This document shows positions 10,404 to 20,744 of a stretch of 64,000 nucleotides of DNA, in pieces. The stretch is from the NCBI GenBank assembly GCA_965208675.1, contig OZ242351.1, positions 416,001 to 480,000 of the forward strand, given 5' to 3'. The stretch's first letter is position 1. Each line of letters opens with the position of its first letter. Source of the DNA: Candidatus Poribacteria bacterium (GTDB taxonomy: Bacteria; Poribacteria; WGA-4E; PCPOR2b). The position numbers and the translations under genes are program-made. Below the pieces are notes generated by a model that made no database searches, was not told where the DNA came from, and saw only the letters and a list, made by a program, of their open reading frames with translations.

Positions 10404-11483
10404 ATGAGAACAGCGCATGACAAATCAACGCGCCGCAAATTGCACGGCAAGCAACACGAACTGCGTGTATTCGCTCGGCTCAGCGCGATAGTTGTTTTGG
10501 TTACAGTCTTGAGTTGGACGGGCGCCGAGGCGGCAAGCCGGTATGCGTGCGATTTCTTGACACTGGGCGTAGGTGCCCGACCGTTAGGCATGGGCGGCAG
10601 CTTCGCGGCAGTCGCAGATGATTCCACCGCCGCTTACTGGAATCCCGCGGGACTCGGGCGGTTGCGCCATTCCGAAATCGCTTTCATGCATTCCAGCCTC
10701 GGTGAGCTAGATAGCTACGATTTCGTCAATTACATCCATCCGCTCGGTAAAAGTGAATCCATCGGACTTAGTTGGTTGCGCGTTGGCATTGATGACATAC
10801 CAATCACGAGCTTAAGAGTTGCGTCCCGGTCGATAGGTCCGACCAATCGCCCCGAAATTAGGGGGACTTTCAGCAACACCAACAACGCCTTCTTATTCTC
10901 CTACGGCAGACGAATCGGATTTGACTTATCGTCGAAGCGAATAGATTTACTCGTCGGCGGTAATGCCAAGTTTCTTTACATTTCTGCGTTAGGAAATAGA
11001 AATGCGATTGGTGTAGGGGGGGATGCCAGCTTGCTCTGGACAACAAACCCTGAAATGCCAAGTCGATTTTCCATCGGGATGGTCGCGCAAGATTTCTTTA
11101 AGACAAAATTATACTGGAACAATCCGCCCGAACATCCGGATCAGGCTGCGAACACAGATACAATCAACCCGAATCTTAAGGTTGGTGTCTCGTTTGGTCA
11201 AGATATCGCCCCGCTAAATAGCCGTGTGTTGTTGACAATCGATACCGATAGCCTATACGCCTTTGAGATGCACTACGGCGCCGAGTATGTTTTCGCCGAT
11301 CTTCTTTCGCTTAGGGCCGGCGTACAGGAGCGCAAAGGTATAAACACAATTCGGCTGATGACGGCGGGTGCAGGTTTCCGTCTCTCTTTCTTGACAGGGG
11401 CGGCCTTCTCCATTGATTATGCGTTTCTCGGCAACGACGAACTCGGGAATAGCAATCGAATTTCGCTGATGACAAGGTTCTAA
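10404..11483 (+). CDS. PorV/PorQ-like (UPF0164) outer-membrane beta-barrel protein
   Basis: N-terminal motif 'FLTLGVGARPLGMGGSFAAVADDSTAAYWNPAGL'; C-terminus 'IDYAF…LGNSNRISLMTRF' with terminal Phe. The true start may be downstream. Confidence 0.85.
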   Translation: MRTAHDKSTRRKLHGKQHELRVFARLSAIVVLVTVLSWTGAEAASRYACDFLTLGVGARPLGMGGSFAAVADDSTAAYWNPAGLGRLRHSEIAFMHSSLGELDSYDFVNYIHPLGKSESIGLSWLRVGIDDIPITSLRVASRSIGPTNRPEIRGTFSNTNNAFLFSYGRRIGFDLSSKRIDLLVGGNAKFLYISALGNRNAIGVGGDASLLWTTNPEMPSRFSIGMVAQDFFKTKLYWNNPPEHPDQAANTDTINPNLKVGVSFGQDIAPLNSRVLLTIDTDSLYAFEMHYGAEYVFADLLSLRAGVQERKGINTIRLMTAGAGFRLSFLTGAAFSIDYAFLGNDELGNSNRISLMTRF

Positions 11484-11543
11484 TGGAGTTAAGCAAGCGT
11501 CATCTATCGCTTTTGACGGTTGCGGTTGCGGTTTTCGATATGT

Positions 11544-12797
11544 TCACGGATCCGTAGGCTCGTCCAACATAAATCTGATTCGATTGAATCTGTGTGCCAG
11601 CGCGATTACGATACGCCTTAAATCATCAAGATTGTCTCCACGCAGCGCATTGAAGATGCATTCAGCAATCTCCGGTGCGTCTGACGGGGTCATACCGTAC
11701 CGTGTAACTTCTTGTACCCCAATGCGTAGGCCGTGCGATCCGAGTTTCGCAGGAACCTCGGCGGATCCAACGATAATATTACACGCCTCAAGCCGCTTAG
11801 CTAATGCTCCTCCTTCACCAAATTCATCGACTATGGGTAGGAGCGTATGCGATTCTGTGTACCCAAGCTCCGACCCTACAAGGCGTATTCCGCGTTCGTG
11901 CAACGCTTGCCCCAACGCTTTGGCATTATTGATGATTGCGGATGCGTGGGCTTTGCCGAACGTGAGCCATTCCAAAAATGTTGCCGCGAGTGCGGGCAAG
12001 CGCCCGAGGTGGTGATTCGCGATCAGCAACGGCGCCAGCGCTGATCCCATTCGCTCTGCGATAGCCTTATCGTTGGTCAAAATCATGCCGCCTTGCGGTC
12101 CGGCGAGGGTTTTGTGTGTGCTGGTAACGATCACGTCTGCGCCTTCATCTAGCGGTGATTGAAACCGTCCTCCTGCAATCAACCCCATGACATGTGCGGC
12201 GTCATATATCAGATAAGAGTCGGGATTGAATTTGCGCATTGCCATTTTGAGTTCTCGCACCGGTTGAGGAAAGAGAAAGAGCGCGGACCCAATGATGACG
12301 AGTTTGGGACGATGGTGTTGGATGAGAGCGATTGTCCGATCCAAGTCAATGTTGTATTTTTCTCCGTCCCAAGGAATGTCGACGGAATTGAGCTCTACCT
12401 TCAAGCAAGAGGAAGCCAACTTGTGCGCATAACGATGCGCATTATGTACTTCTAACGCTGTATCGCCCGGGCTGCCGAGCGCAAATACAGCCGCAATCCC
12501 GGCTATGTTTCCAGACAATGGCCGCAAATCGACATGCGCCGTGCCGAAAAGTTGTTTTGCCAATTCCTGGGCGGTCTCTTCAATCTTTTCGATATATTGA
12601 TTTCCACGATAGGCGCGGTGGTGTAGATCGACGCCGGTATAGTATCCGTACCGGCGGTTGAGTTCATCGGAAAGCAAACGCTCCACCAATGGACTGGGGG
12701 TATTTTCAGAAGCGATAAGATTGAGACAATCGGCTCGAAAATTTCCGTGTTTCTGCAATAGGGATTCAATATCCTGTACGTTGGCAGCAGGCTCCAT
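11544..12797 (-). CDS. Divergent serine hydroxymethyltransferase (GlyA)-like PLP enzyme
   Basis: 'LNLIASEN', 'YDAAHVMGLIAGG', PLP-lysine motif 'STHKTLAGPQGG', 'GLRIGVQEVTR'. Confidence 0.8.
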   Translation of the reverse strand: MEPAANVQDIESLLQKHGNFRADCLNLIASENTPSPLVERLLSDELNRRYGYYTGVDLHHRAYRGNQYIEKIEETAQELAKQLFGTAHVDLRPLSGNIAGIAAVFALGSPGDTALEVHNAHRYAHKLASSCLKVELNSVDIPWDGEKYNIDLDRTIALIQHHRPKLVIIGSALFLFPQPVRELKMAMRKFNPDSYLIYDAAHVMGLIAGGRFQSPLDEGADVIVTSTHKTLAGPQGGMILTNDKAIAERMGSALAPLLIANHHLGRLPALAATFLEWLTFGKAHASAIINNAKALGQALHERGIRLVGSELGYTESHTLLPIVDEFGEGGALAKRLEACNIIVGSAEVPAKLGSHGLRIGVQEVTRYGMTPSDAPEIAECIFNALRGDNLDDLRRIVIALAHRFNRIRFMLDEPTDP

Positions 12798-12849
12798 AGA
12801 ACTTTCTCAATCCGTGGGGCGTATTGTATTCTTGAATAATTAAACGATC

Positions 12850-13647
12850 TTACTCATTCTTCGCCTCGGGCTTGGGCGGCATTACAATTATTTCGATGCG
12901 GCGGTTTCTCGCTCTACCCGAGGAGGTGTCGTTAGTATCGATTGGGTGGTAATGTGCGTAACCGACAGCCGCCAAACGGGTTGCCTCTACGCCCGCGTGT
13001 TTTTGTAAATAGCGCACCGCAGAAATCGCCCGCGCCGTGGATAAATCCCAATTTCCGAGGAGAGCGCCTCTGAATGGGCGATTGTCGGTATGCCCTTCTA
13101 CACGTATCTCTCGATCGGGATAACGGTTCAAGAACGTCTCCGCAATCTTATCTAAAACCTGCTTGCCCTCAGTTTTTATCATTGCGTCCCCAGAGTCAAA
13201 CAGAATCTTATCCATGAGGTTGACAGTCAGCTTACCCTGTAGTTCGGTAATCATGATTTCTTTATTTTCAATTTCTTGCTGAAGGCTGTCAACTAGGTCT
13301 TGATACTCTTCTTCCCTATCCTTTTTTTCTTTGAGGAGTTTCTGCTTTTCGGCTTCCACCTCGGCTTTTGCTTTACTCAATTTTGTGACGTCTTGCTGAA
13401 CCTCCGCAATAGTGCCTTCAATAATTTTAATACGATATTTTTTGGCTTCTAAGTCTTTCTGGGTTTTCTTCAATTCGCGTTGTAATTCCTTGGACTCCTT
13501 TCGAGAGGTTGCCAAATTTGCCTGCTCTGCAACCAATTCGACTTCTGTTCGCTTGAACTTGACGCGGTAATAGCCGATCAACGCGGTGAGAACAACCAAG
13601 ATAAGCCCCGCGGCACTTCCGGCTAGATATAACCGTTTCTTGCTCAC
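12850..13647 (-). CDS. OmpA/MotB-family peptidoglycan-binding protein with a TM anchor and coiled coil
   Basis: N-terminal TM helix, coiled coil, 'ILFDSG', 'VEGHTDN', 'NWDLSTARA', 'GRARNRRIEI'. Confidence 0.88.
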   Translation of the reverse strand: MSKKRLYLAGSAAGLILVVLTALIGYYRVKFKRTEVELVAEQANLATSRKESKELQRELKKTQKDLEAKKYRIKIIEGTIAEVQQDVTKLSKAKAEVEAEKQKLLKEKKDREEEYQDLVDSLQQEIENKEIMITELQGKLTVNLMDKILFDSGDAMIKTEGKQVLDKIAETFLNRYPDREIRVEGHTDNRPFRGALLGNWDLSTARAISAVRYLQKHAGVEATRLAAVGYAHYHPIDTNDTSSGRARNRRIEIIVMPPKPEAKNE

Positions 13648-13941
13648 GTTTTCTTAATCCTCCAGATTGGTTATTCCAAGTAGGTTGAAATTTATATCAA
13701 GTTTAGAATCAATTTGTAAGTTGTGGAGCCGCAGATTGTGTGCCCGGCTTGTGTTTCGGTGAGAAGCTAGTTTAGCACGTAGACCTAGTCGTGTCAAGAA
13801 TGAACGCATGCGGCGATGCTGCGATAGTAGTTGATCTCTATCGAGATTTCTGTTACACTTTTGGTTGCCAGAATCACAGGATAGGTTTCATGATTACGTT
13901 TCTTTACGGCGCCTTTTGTACACGACGGTTGATATTTAACT

Positions 13942-15096
13942 ATGCGAATTCTCATGTTCAACTACGAATTCCCGCCAATCGGAGGCGGCGGTGGATGGGT
14001 GTCCTATTTCCTCGGCAAACAGTTTGTTGAAGCTGGACATGAGGTGCGGCTCATCACGTCGCGGTTTCGAGATTTACCGAATGAGGAAATGATTGAGGGG
14101 TTTCGCGTTTACCGCGTTCCCACGATACGAAAAAACCGCTCGACATGCGCCGTCCACGAAATGCTGACCTACGCGTTTAGTTCAAGTTTATACGGGTTCA
14201 AGTGTGTTAAAAGCTTCCGTCCAGAGATAATCCAAGTGTTTTTTGGGATTCCGTCCGGAGGCGGTGCATATCTGCTTCGAAAGATTTTTGGTATTCCATA
14301 CATTGTATTTCTTGGTGGGCGCGATATTCCACGCCGGAACCCGGATCCGCCCTATTATCGTCTACTGTACGGTTTACTTGCCCCTGTGATTAAAGCAATT
14401 TGGGGCAATGCTGCTGCCGTGGTTGCGTGCAGCGGTGGCTTGCGTGAGTTAGCTTTGCGCACGGAGCCGAATATAGACATCGATACGATTCCGGATGGAC
14501 TAGATGTTAACCGTTTCTCGCCGCTTCCCCGTGGCGTGAACAGTGAGCGCGTACGGATTTTGACTGTCGGACGGCTCATCCCTCGGAAAGATGTTCAGCT
14601 CCTCATCCGCGCCCTTCCGCAGCTGATTCAAAACACAACTCGCGATTTCGAAGTCAAAATTGTGGGAGACGGTCCTTGTCATGAGAATCTAGTAAAATTG
14701 GCGGAAGAATTGGGTGTCATTCATAAAGTCCGTTTCGCCGGCTCGGTTCCGTATTCGGCACTCCCGCAAATATATCAAAGCGCCGATATTTTTGCGCTAT
14801 GTTCCCTCGCCGAAGGGATGCCGCTTGTTGTGCTGGAGGCAATGGGGTCGGGTTTACCTGTAGTTGCGACCCGCGTGCAGGGAGTTGAAGATATAGTCCA
14901 AGTTGGAATAAACGGTTGTCTCTTTACCGCCGGCGATGTCGGTGCGCTAGCCAGGCATTTGGCTTCACTAATTAATGATGACGAGACCCGCAGAAAAATG
15001 GGCAACGCGAGCGTCCTACAAGCGCAGCGGTACGACTGGAAAAATATCGCCCAGTCCTATTTGGATATATATGAACGCGTAACGTGTGCGGGTTAG
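13942..15096 (+). CDS. Glycosyltransferase family 4
   Basis: 'YEFPPIGGGG', 'VGRL', E-x7-E motif 'EGMPLVVLEAM'. Confidence 0.92.
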   Translation: MRILMFNYEFPPIGGGGGWVSYFLGKQFVEAGHEVRLITSRFRDLPNEEMIEGFRVYRVPTIRKNRSTCAVHEMLTYAFSSSLYGFKCVKSFRPEIIQVFFGIPSGGGAYLLRKIFGIPYIVFLGGRDIPRRNPDPPYYRLLYGLLAPVIKAIWGNAAAVVACSGGLRELALRTEPNIDIDTIPDGLDVNRFSPLPRGVNSERVRILTVGRLIPRKDVQLLIRALPQLIQNTTRDFEVKIVGDGPCHENLVKLAEELGVIHKVRFAGSVPYSALPQIYQSADIFALCSLAEGMPLVVLEAMGSGLPVVATRVQGVEDIVQVGINGCLFTAGDVGALARHLASLINDDETRRKMGNASVLQAQRYDWKNIAQSYLDIYERVTCAG

Positions 15097-15154
15097 GTCA
15101 TCTAGGTAGACATAACGGCTATTTCCGAATGCGGTATTACCGAGGAATTCCTTG

Positions 15155-16513
15155 ATGAGAGTTGCAATCATCGGTACGGGTTACGTTGGTCTAACGACGT
15201 GCGTAGCCATGGCATACCTAAACCACGAGGTTGTGGGGGTAGATGTCGATCCAAAGAAACTGGAGGCATTACGCCGTGGAAAAAGTCCCATCCACGAGCC
15301 GGGTATCCAGAAACTCCTAGATCAGGTCGGCGAATATGTCTGCTTCACAGATGAGTTGGCAGATGCTATAGCGAATGCTGACATCATAATGATTGCAGTC
15401 GGCACGCCGCCGAAGCTTAATGGAGATGCGGACACGAGCTACGTAGAAGAGGCGGCGTGGCAAGTGGCTCAAGGGTTGCAGCCTAATCGGACGTATACCT
15501 TGGTTGTCAAATCTACTGTACCTATCGGGACGAACCGGCGGGTGGCTAACGTAATCACTCGCGCACTTTCTGAACGTAAGGTAAAAACCAAAATTCATCT
15601 TGCTTCGAATCCGGAGTTTTTGCAAGAGGGTTTAGCCTTGCGGGGTACCTTCTACCCAGATCGAATTGTTGTCGGCGTCGAAGAATCGGAAGGCGTAGAG
15701 GCGTTGCGCCGACTTTATCGTCCTATACTTGAACAGACGTTCGATCCGCCTAGTTTTTTGCCGCGCCGCGAAGGTTATAGCTTACCACCCTTAATTACGA
15801 CCGACCCAACGAGTGCCGAGATGATTAAGTATGCTGCCAACACGTTCCTTACGCTCAAGATTAGTTTCATCAACGAAATTGCAGGACTTTGTGAAAAGGT
15901 GGGTGCGGATGTGACGGAGGTATCTCGCGGAATTGGCTTGGATACCCGTATTGGGCAACGTTTCCTCGAAGCGGGGCTGGGATGGGGAGGCAGTTGTTTC
16001 CCCAAAGATACTGCGGCGCTCCTGAGTGTTGCAGCGGAATACGGGTACACGATGCAAATTGTCCAAGCCGCGCGTGAGGTCAACTGGGGACAACGTCAGT
16101 TGATTGTGGAGAAACTCCAATCTGCCCTTAAAATTCTGCGCGGCCGTACTATAGGAATACTGGGGTTGACATTCAAACCCAATACGGACGATGTTCGAGA
16201 TGCTCCGGCAATGGATATTATCCGGGCGCTGATCGAACGCGGCGCGCATGTCCAAGCTCACGACCCAATTGCTATCCCTCACGCCCGGCTACTTTTGAAA
16301 GGGCTGGATGTGGCATTCGAGGAAGATGTTTACTGCCTCGCGGACGGAGCCGATGCACTCGTATTGGTTACGGGTTGGGAAGCATACCACTCACTCGATT
16401 TGGCGGAACTCGGCAGGCGCATGAATAACCGCGTTTTAGTTGATGGACGAAATTTTTTCATGCCAGACGACGCACTTGCTGCCGGATTTGTTTACATGGG
16501 TGTTGGCAGGTGA
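15155..16513 (+). CDS. ugd: UDP-glucose 6-dehydrogenase
   Basis: 'GTGYVG', 'KSTVP', 'NPEFL', catalytic 'GGSCFPKD', 'FKPNTDD'. Confidence 0.93.
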   Translation: MRVAIIGTGYVGLTTCVAMAYLNHEVVGVDVDPKKLEALRRGKSPIHEPGIQKLLDQVGEYVCFTDELADAIANADIIMIAVGTPPKLNGDADTSYVEEAAWQVAQGLQPNRTYTLVVKSTVPIGTNRRVANVITRALSERKVKTKIHLASNPEFLQEGLALRGTFYPDRIVVGVEESEGVEALRRLYRPILEQTFDPPSFLPRREGYSLPPLITTDPTSAEMIKYAANTFLTLKISFINEIAGLCEKVGADVTEVSRGIGLDTRIGQRFLEAGLGWGGSCFPKDTAALLSVAAEYGYTMQIVQAAREVNWGQRQLIVEKLQSALKILRGRTIGILGLTFKPNTDDVRDAPAMDIIRALIERGAHVQAHDPIAIPHARLLLKGLDVAFEEDVYCLADGADALVLVTGWEAYHSLDLAELGRRMNNRVLVDGRNFFMPDDALAAGFVYMGVGR

Positions 16514-16633
16514 TTACAATCTCGACTATACACGCTAAGCATTTGGACGATAGTAGTGAAAACAGGCATGATGAAATTTAAGATTGGCGATGCCGTATGG
16601 ATTTTAGCATCTTTACAGGATATTATGTAAAAT

Positions 16634-18022
16634 ATGAAAACACATCAATACGATCTCATTGTTATCGGCAGCGGAAGCGCCGGATTTTCCGCGGCGACGA
16701 CCGCTAAGGAGAATGGACTAGAGAAGATACTGCTGATTGAGAAACGCCGAGTCGGGTACAGCCTCTGTACAAATGAAGGTTGTATGCCTTCCAAAACGCT
16801 GCTCGCCTCCGCCGAAGTGAAGCGAATCATTGAGGCAAGCACCGATTTCGGGATTGCATCGACTCAGCCAAATGTGAATTGGGACGCCGTGCAGGAACGA
16901 GTCCGAACTTTGGTGGAAGATGATTTCTTTGCTGCAAGGCGGGACGCGATTCGCAACGCCCCGGTGGATTTAGTCGAAGGGAATGCGCAGTTTACAAGCC
17001 CGCACACTATCCAAGTCGGTGAATGTTCCTATGCGGCAGACCGAATCGTTATCGCTACCGGTTCCGTCGTTAGTGTTCCTCCCTTTCCCGGATTACGAGA
17101 AACCGGGTATTTGGATAGCGACGGTGCGCTCTATTTGAAGAAATTGCCGAGGTCGTTAATTGTGTTGGGGGGCGGATACATTGCCATTGAGCTTGGATAT
17201 CTATTTCACAAAATGGGCGTTGATGTCACGATTGTACAGCGCAGCGAACGGATTTTGTCGCGTTTGGATGCAGATATCAGTTTTGAATTGGAGCGAATTC
17301 TCCGGCGTGACGGGATGAACATTCTCACCGGAGCAGATGTAGAATCGGTGCGCCGATCGTCCGGAAACAAGCGTATTCACGCCGTGATCGAAGAAGGGGG
17401 GAAAACCACATTAGAAGCAGAGGAGATAATGATAGCCACGGGACGCGACCCCGCAATCCACGGTTTAAACTTGGAGCAACTCGGCGTCCAGTTAGATGAG
17501 TATGGCGCGATTCAGGTCAACGATTTCTTACAGACATCTGTACCGCATATCTATGCAGTCGGCGATGTGAACGGCAAGATGCCGCTTGTCTACGTTGCCT
17601 CAATGGAAGGCAGGGTCGCGGGGCTCCATGCTGCAGGGGTAAACGGCGAAAAAATCGATTACCGATTGGTTTCGAACATCATCTTTTCGCACCCGGAAAT
17701 TGGTACCGTCGGCCTTACCGCTCAAGAAGCAGAGGCAAACGGGCTGAACGTAATAACTGCAAAGACGCCGATGGAAGATATTGGTAAAGCTGTGGCGATT
17801 GGGCAGACGGACGGATTCATTAAGCTAGTTGCTGAACGGCCTTCGGGCAAAATCGCCGGGTTACACGTCATAGGGCCGCATGCAACTGACATAATGCAGG
17901 TGGCGCTGCCTCATATTTACCATAATGACACGGTGTTTGACGTGCTAAATATCCCTTACCCTCACCCTACACTCGGCGAAGCCCTCAGTTACGCAGCCGA
18001 AGAAATCGCGGCGTGCTTATAA
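16634..18022 (+). CDS. Class I pyridine nucleotide-disulphide oxidoreductase (dihydrolipoamide dehydrogenase/MerA-like)
   Basis: 'GSGSAG' FAD motif, redox 'CTNEGC', 'GGGYIA', 'HPTLGE'; lacks the MerA C-terminal CC pair. Confidence 0.88.
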   Translation: MKTHQYDLIVIGSGSAGFSAATTAKENGLEKILLIEKRRVGYSLCTNEGCMPSKTLLASAEVKRIIEASTDFGIASTQPNVNWDAVQERVRTLVEDDFFAARRDAIRNAPVDLVEGNAQFTSPHTIQVGECSYAADRIVIATGSVVSVPPFPGLRETGYLDSDGALYLKKLPRSLIVLGGGYIAIELGYLFHKMGVDVTIVQRSERILSRLDADISFELERILRRDGMNILTGADVESVRRSSGNKRIHAVIEEGGKTTLEAEEIMIATGRDPAIHGLNLEQLGVQLDEYGAIQVNDFLQTSVPHIYAVGDVNGKMPLVYVASMEGRVAGLHAAGVNGEKIDYRLVSNIIFSHPEIGTVGLTAQEAEANGLNVITAKTPMEDIGKAVAIGQTDGFIKLVAERPSGKIAGLHVIGPHATDIMQVALPHIYHNDTVFDVLNIPYPHPTLGEALSYAAEEIAACL

Positions 18023-18038
18023 ATCAAGCCGCCGATCG

Positions 18039-18422
18039 TCATCCGTTCCGCTGCTTTTCCTGAATCTGCCTATCCAACTGCCGCGACGCCTGAACTGCAG
18101 CAGCGTCACCGGATTCAACCAAATGGCGGAGACGCGTTGCGCCGCAGGTTTCCAGCGATTCTTGCCAGACTGGCTGGTTTTGGCATTCCGCATGCGCTTG
18201 TGTAATTTCCGCCGGACGCATCCGATCGATACGTTCACGGTAGATGTTCAATTTTTGCCATCGAAGTACGTCCGAAGATAGCGTGTGAAATTTTTCCGAT
18301 TCCAACAAAATGGACGTCAGATTAACATCCTGTTCTTGTTGATGGGGAGGTAGGTGTGTCGTTTGGCTAGCTTTTATCAACCGGGAGGCTTTCGATTCCA
18401 ACATGGGTAGAATTCCTTTCAC
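18039..18422 (-). CDS. Hypothetical protein
   Basis: 127-aa ORF filling the intergenic gap; no recognisable motif. Confidence 0.35.
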   Translation of the reverse strand: MKGILPMLESKASRLIKASQTTHLPPHQQEQDVNLTSILLESEKFHTLSSDVLRWQKLNIYRERIDRMRPAEITQAHAECQNQPVWQESLETCGATRLRHLVESGDAAAVQASRQLDRQIQEKQRNG

Positions 18423-18540
18423 AGCATCGTCATAACAGCCGCCGTTGTGCGTTTCAATTAGCGTGCAAACTTAAAGACGGCTGAATGGAAACACAGGACT
18501 GATAACGACCAATTGAAGGCTCTAACCGTAGGAACGAAAA

Positions 18541-18585
18541 ATAAAAGCGGCGGTTTCCAAAATTTTCAATATTTTCCCGCCGTGC
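18541..18585 (-). terminator. Putative intrinsic terminator
   Basis: On the minus strand, a CGGCGG…CCGCCG stem followed by a T-rich tract just after the 18598 stop. Confidence 0.4.
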
Positions 18586-18597
18586 GTTAGCAGTAAC

Positions 18598-20505
18598 TTA
18601 CCACCACGCGGTGAAGGTGTAAATCGGTTTTTTTACAACAATACTCAATAACGCCCAAAATCCGCCGACGACAAATTCTCCGAGAATAACCCCAAAGAAA
18701 AAAGGAACCGCTTTGCGATACGCCTTTACGCCGCCATATTTCAAGATAAGCCATTTTATGAGCCATGCCACAATAAATTGCGTCCAAAACGTTCGCATAG
18801 ACCAGGTACTGGACACTGCATAGCCGGCCGGGTGCAAGGACCACCATAAAAACCTGACTCGCATAAACATAAGGAAAATACCAAACAGTATACCGTAGAG
18901 AAAGAAGCCTAGACCTGCCATGTCCGTGGACGCAGGAATTGTCAGCCACTGCTGCAACCGCGCAAACGGTTCCCGTCCGAAAAACTGCAAGACGACATTA
19001 CTATGCTTGTATCCCGAATGTAAAATTGCCCAGAAAGCGGCAAAAGTACCTGCAACAGTCGCGATAAGGATAGCGCCAAATACCCAACGGTTGTCCATTC
19101 GGGCTCTATCAGCCAGCTTAAACCCCTCCAATTGATGCGGCATCACGTCGCTGTAATGCATGCGCGATAGAAACCAAAAGAGCGACATGATGGATAGATT
19201 TCTGGGGCCAATCTTTCGCGTGCCGACCGCTCCAATCATGAGTATTTCGGGTCCGGCAAAGTGCAGGTCATGAAATGGAGAGCCGACTTCCGCGCGAATT
19301 CGCGTAATCCCAATTTCCGTCATCAGGTATAGTGCGAAAAAAGCCCCGGCCGCCCAAAGTGACATGCCAGCCTTCCAGCAAAAAAGCAGAATTAACGCAA
19401 TACCGCAGATAAGTCCCCAAACGGCGATTCTGTAGTTTAACAACTCGGCAGAATCGTCACGTTTGTCGTCGCGCATGGCGGGCTTCAGCGCAACCTTGAA
19501 TACATGGGCCAAATGACGTCTGCCTATCCATATCGCGATGAAAAACAGGGAGATGTGCGCGCCCGCGGCCTGTTCCGAAAGCAATGGCCGGGCGCGCCAT
19601 CCCAAGGTGCTCTCGAATATTTGCTGTGCTTTCCAAAGAACAAAGAAGAACCAGCAAGAAAAGGAGATGTCCAAGGGAATTAAAAACACCAACCCAATTA
19701 GGAACGGGCGGAAGGTAAGCGGCGTGTAACCCACGGCGTTCCACGGCCTGTCGGAAAATAGTTCGCCGAGGTTATAGGGTGCCACGCGTAGGGAGGGGAC
19801 GGAAGGGAAAAAGAAGTTCAGCCCATTGATGAAGGTCATAACACCTACAATGGAAAAACCTAACCACATCAACTTATTTTTGAACAACCTGGATGTGCGG
19901 TTCGTAATTTCGAACGGGAGTTGGACGATAGGATATGACAGCCTTTCTCTATCAATCCACTGCTTACGTACGATGACGTTGAAGCATATCATCACGAACA
20001 TGAGTGTACAGATGAACGCTGCCCAGACCAAAACCGGCGTCAGCCATGCCTCAATGTGCTGTGCGGTATAGAGGGTTGACTCTCCCGTCAATTTTTTGGC
20101 AATGTATCCATCGACTGCCCGCTCATCAGTCACAGCGAGCCAGTGCGGAATATACCGCCAAAAGAGTTCTTTCCATTCGTTCTCGGGCGTTGCAAGTCCA
20201 AACGCTCCAGCCATCGTTGGCGGCAAAATCTGCATCATGCTGTGCCCAGCGAGTGCAGACGCTTGGCACAGCATGATGTAAATGGTGAGTAGCTCGCCCT
20301 GTTTGAAAGCCATGTCGGCGGACAGCTTTCTCAATGGAATGTTGACCACTAACAATACCAACACCATGAGTAGGACGTTAAAGAAGAGCGAAAACAGTGT
20401 AGAGTGGGCGACGTAATACACGCACTCCATCTGTATCAGCAGATACGAGTTAATGGGAATCAGGATAAGACCTATAAGTATCGCTCTCCAAGTTACGTTT
20501 CTCAC
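18598..20505 (-). CDS. DUF6785/DUF6784-type polytopic membrane protein (putative transporter)
   Basis: Many TM segments; 'ATPENEW', 'RKQWIDRERLSYPIVQLP', 'RIRAEVG', 'LHPAGYAV', 'LKYGG…PFFFGVILGEF'. Confidence 0.85.
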   Translation of the reverse strand: MRNVTWRAILIGLILIPINSYLLIQMECVYYVAHSTLFSLFFNVLLMVLVLLVVNIPLRKLSADMAFKQGELLTIYIMLCQASALAGHSMMQILPPTMAGAFGLATPENEWKELFWRYIPHWLAVTDERAVDGYIAKKLTGESTLYTAQHIEAWLTPVLVWAAFICTLMFVMICFNVIVRKQWIDRERLSYPIVQLPFEITNRTSRLFKNKLMWLGFSIVGVMTFINGLNFFFPSVPSLRVAPYNLGELFSDRPWNAVGYTPLTFRPFLIGLVFLIPLDISFSCWFFFVLWKAQQIFESTLGWRARPLLSEQAAGAHISLFFIAIWIGRRHLAHVFKVALKPAMRDDKRDDSAELLNYRIAVWGLICGIALILLFCWKAGMSLWAAGAFFALYLMTEIGITRIRAEVGSPFHDLHFAGPEILMIGAVGTRKIGPRNLSIMSLFWFLSRMHYSDVMPHQLEGFKLADRARMDNRWVFGAILIATVAGTFAAFWAILHSGYKHSNVVLQFFGREPFARLQQWLTIPASTDMAGLGFFLYGILFGIFLMFMRVRFLWWSLHPAGYAVSSTWSMRTFWTQFIVAWLIKWLILKYGGVKAYRKAVPFFFGVILGEFVVGGFWALLSIVVKKPIYTFTAWW

Positions 20506-20744
20506 GGCATCACCTATTTTCGAAGCGGCAACATACGGCAGCGTTGCTGCAGAAAAGGTTTGTAAATGGCATGTTGTATGGGCATGCCGCTCCGCTGGCG
20601 CGAATCCCTACCGCCGTGCTATGGCAGTAGCTGATAGTGTTTTCACGACTTCGAAGCGGAATGTGAATCGTTGAAAGAAACCGCGTAAGTCAATAACGCG
20701 TGGTAGCGCTCATTGAAACATGGGAAGTGGCAAACTCTAATCCC

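Noticed and set aside
12850-13647. Flagellar stator MotB
   Set aside because: No adjacent motA and no conserved TM Asp motif; called generic OmpA/MotB-like instead.
16634-18022. Mercuric reductase MerA
   Set aside because: No C-terminal Cys-Cys pair, no NmerA domain and no mer operon context; it has the HPTxxE motif of lipoamide-dehydrogenase-like enzymes.
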